64,000 bases of DNA from Candidatus Geothermarchaeota archaeon (GTDB taxonomy: Archaea; Thermoproteota; Nitrososphaeria; Geothermarchaeales; JDFR-13), in the NCBI GenBank assembly GCA_015523725.1, contig WAJV01000107.1:959-64958 (forward strand), in the 5' to 3' direction. A program made the position numbers and the translations under genes. Positions 61,157 through 64,000 of this stretch are shown piece by piece. Under the pieces are notes generated by a model, which had not been told where the DNA came from, ran no database searches, and worked only from the letters and a program-made list of their open reading frames with translations. Position 1 is the stretch's first letter. Every line of letters begins with the position of its first letter.

Positions 61157-61966
61157 ATGAAAATAACCTACCAATCAATCATCGAGAGATTAATTATATT
61201 CTTAACTGACACTCTCTCCATATTTTATACTGAGTTTAGCAATATAAGTTCAGTTTCGCCACCTATTTTTTTGTTATTCACAGTTGTTTTTGCATTATTA
61301 TCATCTTATTCAAATAAATACATTCTATCATTAATATTATTGATTAATTATATAGTACTTTCAATAGCTTTTGGAACTAATTTCAAAAAACTTTATAATA
61401 TATTAACCATATCTGCAATCTTTCTATTTATATTCTTAAGCCCTTTTATCATCTACTATTTTTACATATTTGGTTTTGATGAAGCTATTTATTTTATATT
61501 GAATGAGAGTAATGGTCTTGCAATTATTTTTATTAGGTCTATCTTAAGTATTTGCTATTTATCCATGATACCTCTCGTCTTAGGGATAGATGGATTGATC
61601 CAATCGTTAAGGGGCCTTGGGCTGTCTAAAACACAAGTATTAGCTTTTTTTCTAACATACAGGAAATTATTAAGCTTAATTCAGGAAATAATTATCATCA
61701 TTATGGGCAGAGCATCTAGAAGACTAAATAAAAAAGAGAATATTATTAATCTATGGAGGAATTTAGCAGAAGGTGTGGCTGAATTTATTTATAGAGGGCT
61801 TTCTATAGGGTTTATGATAGGCCTGGGATTTAAAAGCAGAATTATTATGTCTGAATTCCCATATCGTAGAATTAACAGTTCAAAAATTCGTACATCAATT
61901 TATGTTGCATACTCTTTTCTTATAATAATGGTTAGTCTATATATCCTGGTGATTAGGATTGAATAA
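61157..61966 (+). CDS. cbiQ: ECF transporter transmembrane (T) component CbiQ
   Basis: Polytopic 269 aa between cbiM and cbiO. Confidence 0.5.
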   Translation: MKITYQSIIERLIIFLTDTLSIFYTEFSNISSVSPPIFLLFTVVFALLSSYSNKYILSLILLINYIVLSIAFGTNFKKLYNILTISAIFLFIFLSPFIIYYFYIFGFDEAIYFILNESNGLAIIFIRSILSICYLSMIPLVLGIDGLIQSLRGLGLSKTQVLAFFLTYRKLLSLIQEIIIIIMGRASRRLNKKENIINLWRNLAEGVAEFIYRGLSIGFMIGLGFKSRIIMSEFPYRRINSSKIRTSIYVAYSFLIIMVSLYILVIRIE

Positions 61967-62780
61967 TTATTTGATTGAATGTAACGATTTAGTTTTCATA
62001 TATCCAGATAATACCGTTGCTTTGAATAAAGTGTCTTTTAGGGTCTCTGAAGGGGAATGTATAGGTATTGTCGGGCCTACAGGTTCAGGTAAATCTACCC
62101 TGCTTTTAATTATATCCGGTTTATTATTTCCTACAAAGGGTCGGGTTAAATATAAGGGTAAGGATATCTCTAAATATGATGCTTTAAGAAGAGAGGTAGC
62201 CATACTATTTCAAAATCCATTTAATCAGTTTTTGACATCAAATGTCTTTGATGAAATAGCATATATTCCACGTCAGTTGGGTATTAAGGAAGATGAGATA
62301 ATAAAAATCGTTAAATATTACTCTCATAAACTAGGTTTGGATCATTTGCTTAACAAATCACCTTTTAGAATCAGTGGAGGAGAAGCACGTAGATTAGGAA
62401 TCGCCATGGTTTTGTCCTATAACCCAGATGTCATATTACTTGATGAACCCTTTTCAGACCTATCTCCAAAATATATAAAGATTGTTAAAGATATTCTTAA
62501 AGATTTGAAGGAAAATGGGAAAACTATACTTCTAAGCAGTCACTCCCTACATCACATGCTTGATATAGTTGATAAGCTCTTAATTTTGAATAAAGGGAAA
62601 GTTTTAGCATTCGCTGATATAGAAACCATAATTCGTAATGATGACCTTATTAAGATGGCTGATTTAGAGATACCATGCTACATTAAGATTCTTCAGGAAC
62701 TAGGGATGAGGGATATTAGACCACTCCCTAGGACTCTTAAAGATTTTGTGGAAGTCTTTATACATCATTATGGTAAATAA
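61959..62780 (+). CDS. cbiO: ECF transporter ATPase CbiO
   Basis: Walker A GPTGSGKST, signature ISGGEARR and Walker B ILLDEP. Confidence 0.85.
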   Translation: MNNYLIECNDLVFIYPDNTVALNKVSFRVSEGECIGIVGPTGSGKSTLLLIISGLLFPTKGRVKYKGKDISKYDALRREVAILFQNPFNQFLTSNVFDEIAYIPRQLGIKEDEIIKIVKYYSHKLGLDHLLNKSPFRISGGEARRLGIAMVLSYNPDVILLDEPFSDLSPKYIKIVKDILKDLKENGKTILLSSHSLHHMLDIVDKLLILNKGKVLAFADIETIIRNDDLIKMADLEIPCYIKILQELGMRDIRPLPRTLKDFVEVFIHHYGK

Positions 62781-62858
62781 AATTATTTTATATTATATAC
62801 ATGACCTATTCATAATTGTTTCCATAATTCAAAAATTTTTAATAAAATTATCCTTTTA

Positions 62859-64000
62859 TCAAGAATTATTTTGGTTACCCCCTCCCTTTCTAATACTGTT
62901 CTCTATCTCAATTAGATCCTTAATATATAAATTATTTTCATCTCGCGCTCTATGTATTCCGAATAAACCCCTCTTAATAACCTCGAACAAATTCTTAATC
63001 CTATGTCTCAACACCTCCTTTACCAAATATTTAGGCCTCAAATAAAACCTTTGATATGCCCAGTGAAGAAGCCTACGGACATCATCCAATGAAAAACGGT
63101 ATCCACGCATAATAGGCTGAATAGTAGTATATCTGCTCCAATCCCATACTTCTATGAAACCCATCGACTTAGCATATTCATATAATGGAGTCCCAGGAAA
63201 GGGTGTTGCGGCAGTGAACTGAGCATAATCAAGACCTAAGTCAATTGAGAATTTCACAATATTCTTCATGTCATCTATAGTCTGCCATGGAAAACCCAAT
63301 ATAAAACTACCCGCAGCCTCTAAACCAAATAAATGGGTTAATTCAACAGCCCTCCAAACCTGACTTATAGTAACCTTCTTACCTATCCTAACCAGATCCT
63401 CATCCTTATACGACTCAATACCATAATATATTATGGAGCAACCGCTCCTACTTAACCCTGCCAAGACCTCTCTATCCACGTTACTAACTCTAGAGCCGCA
63501 GGTATATGTTATGTCTAGCCCCCTATCCATTATCAGCTCTGTAAACTTAAGCACCCATCTCTTACTAAGCGTTAACTCATCATCGGTAAAAGCCACTATA
63601 CGCGTATTATATTTGTCTAAGGCCTCCTCAATCTCATCGACAACGGACTCGGGGCTCCTAATCCTATACCTCCTCCCCCATAAATAACTAGTAGTGCAAT
63701 AAATACATCCATATGGACATCCTCTACTAGCCATAATATGAACAATCCTAATAGGCTTATCAAATAGAGTATAACGATCCATAGGAAGGAGGTGCCTAGC
63801 TGGCCTAGGCAATATATCTAAATCCCGAATAAGTTCACGATATCCATTAAACCTTGGAACTCCCTCTACTCTATAAGCAACGCCCCTAATCTCCCGCAAA
63901 TCAGGGCGTCCAGACTCAATATACCTAACCAACTCTAGAGAAGTAAACTCACCCTCACCGACAACAACATAGTCAACATAACCAGTGGATAAAGCCTCAT
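62859..64000 (-). CDS. B12-binding (class B) radical SAM enzyme, 5' end beyond window
   Basis: rSAM cluster CPYGCIYC. The frame stays open upstream of the track start to the window edge, through ...DYVVVGEGE..., a cobalamin-binding-domain motif. T3 codon usage. Confidence 0.65.
   Translation of the reverse strand, partial: EALSTGYVDYVVVGEGEFTSLELVRYIESGRPDLREIRGVAYRVEGVPRFNGYRELIRDLDILPRPARHLLPMDRYTLFDKPIRIVHIMASRGCPYGCIYCTTSYLWGRRYRIRSPESVVDEIEEALDKYNTRIVAFTDDELTLSKRWVLKFTELIMDRGLDITYTCGSRVSNVDREVLAGLSRSGCSIIYYGIESYKDEDLVRIGKKVTISQVWRAVELTHLFGLEAAGSFILGFPWQTIDDMKNIVKFSIDLGLDYAQFTAATPFPGTPLYEYAKSMGFIEVWDWSRYTTIQPIMRGYRFSLDDVRRLLHWAYQRFYLRPKYLVKEVLRHRIKNLFEVIKRGLFGIHRARDENNLYIKDLIEIENSIRKGGGNQNNS

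Noticed and set aside
1-64000. CRISPR arrays and rRNA genes
   Set aside because: No regularly spaced direct repeats of 24-40 nt and no long GC-rich structured stretches were seen. GC-rich islands correspond to rps30e and the tRNA only.

Overview
The window is about 64 kb of a low-GC (roughly 33-36%) archaeal chromosome. The gene content points to a TACK/Crenarchaeota-like thermophile: GatDE, ThrRS without an editing domain, an A1AO/V-type ATP synthase, Nop5-fibrillarin, Orc1/Cdc6, a RadA intein, an intron-containing tRNA and archaeal ribosomal proteins. Native genes show a strong A-in-third-position codon bias. Most of the window is a densely packed housekeeping region. It contains: a 5'-truncated RuvB-like ATPase, TrmI, a split ATP-synthase cluster (atpF/H/E/A/B/D/C, then atpI-atpK after an inserted opposite-strand membrane gene), an agmatinase-family protein, family-B DNA polymerase, a catalytic-type ThrRS, a CDP-alcohol phosphatidyltransferase, GatE-GatD, Elp3, an Lrp-like regulator, OsmC, an unannotated S30e small ORF, an oligosaccharide flippase, Nop5-fibrillarin, SMC-ScpA-ScpB, rps8e-srp19-gar1-TFB, RlmE, Trm1, THEP1, RNase HII, DUF47-PiT, a large glycosylation-sequon-rich surface protein, RadA interrupted by a 514-aa LAGLIDADG intein in its P-loop, AspRS, a glycosyltransferase, AMMECR1, Orc1/Cdc6 and an intron-containing tRNA-Pro. 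Several loci are non-routine. (1) A HerA-like ATPase/NurA-like nuclease pair has no Mre11/Rad50 nearby and sits divergent to a triad of paralogous small wHTH proteins. (2) A 484-aa membrane-anchored coiled-coil protein ends in an azurin-like cupredoxin domain. (3) A free-standing 3xHTH + double-LAGLIDADG gene lies immediately upstream of rps30e. (4) Starting at the tRNA-Pro gene there is a block with a clearly different codon usage (T/G in third position). This block carries a secreted Met/His-rich putative metal-binding protein, a CbiM(N)QO Co/Ni ECF transporter and a B12-binding radical SAM enzyme that runs off the window edge, so it looks like a horizontally acquired cobalt/cobalamin island. 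I did not see a CRISPR array or an rRNA gene. One weak C/D-box sRNA candidate is listed.
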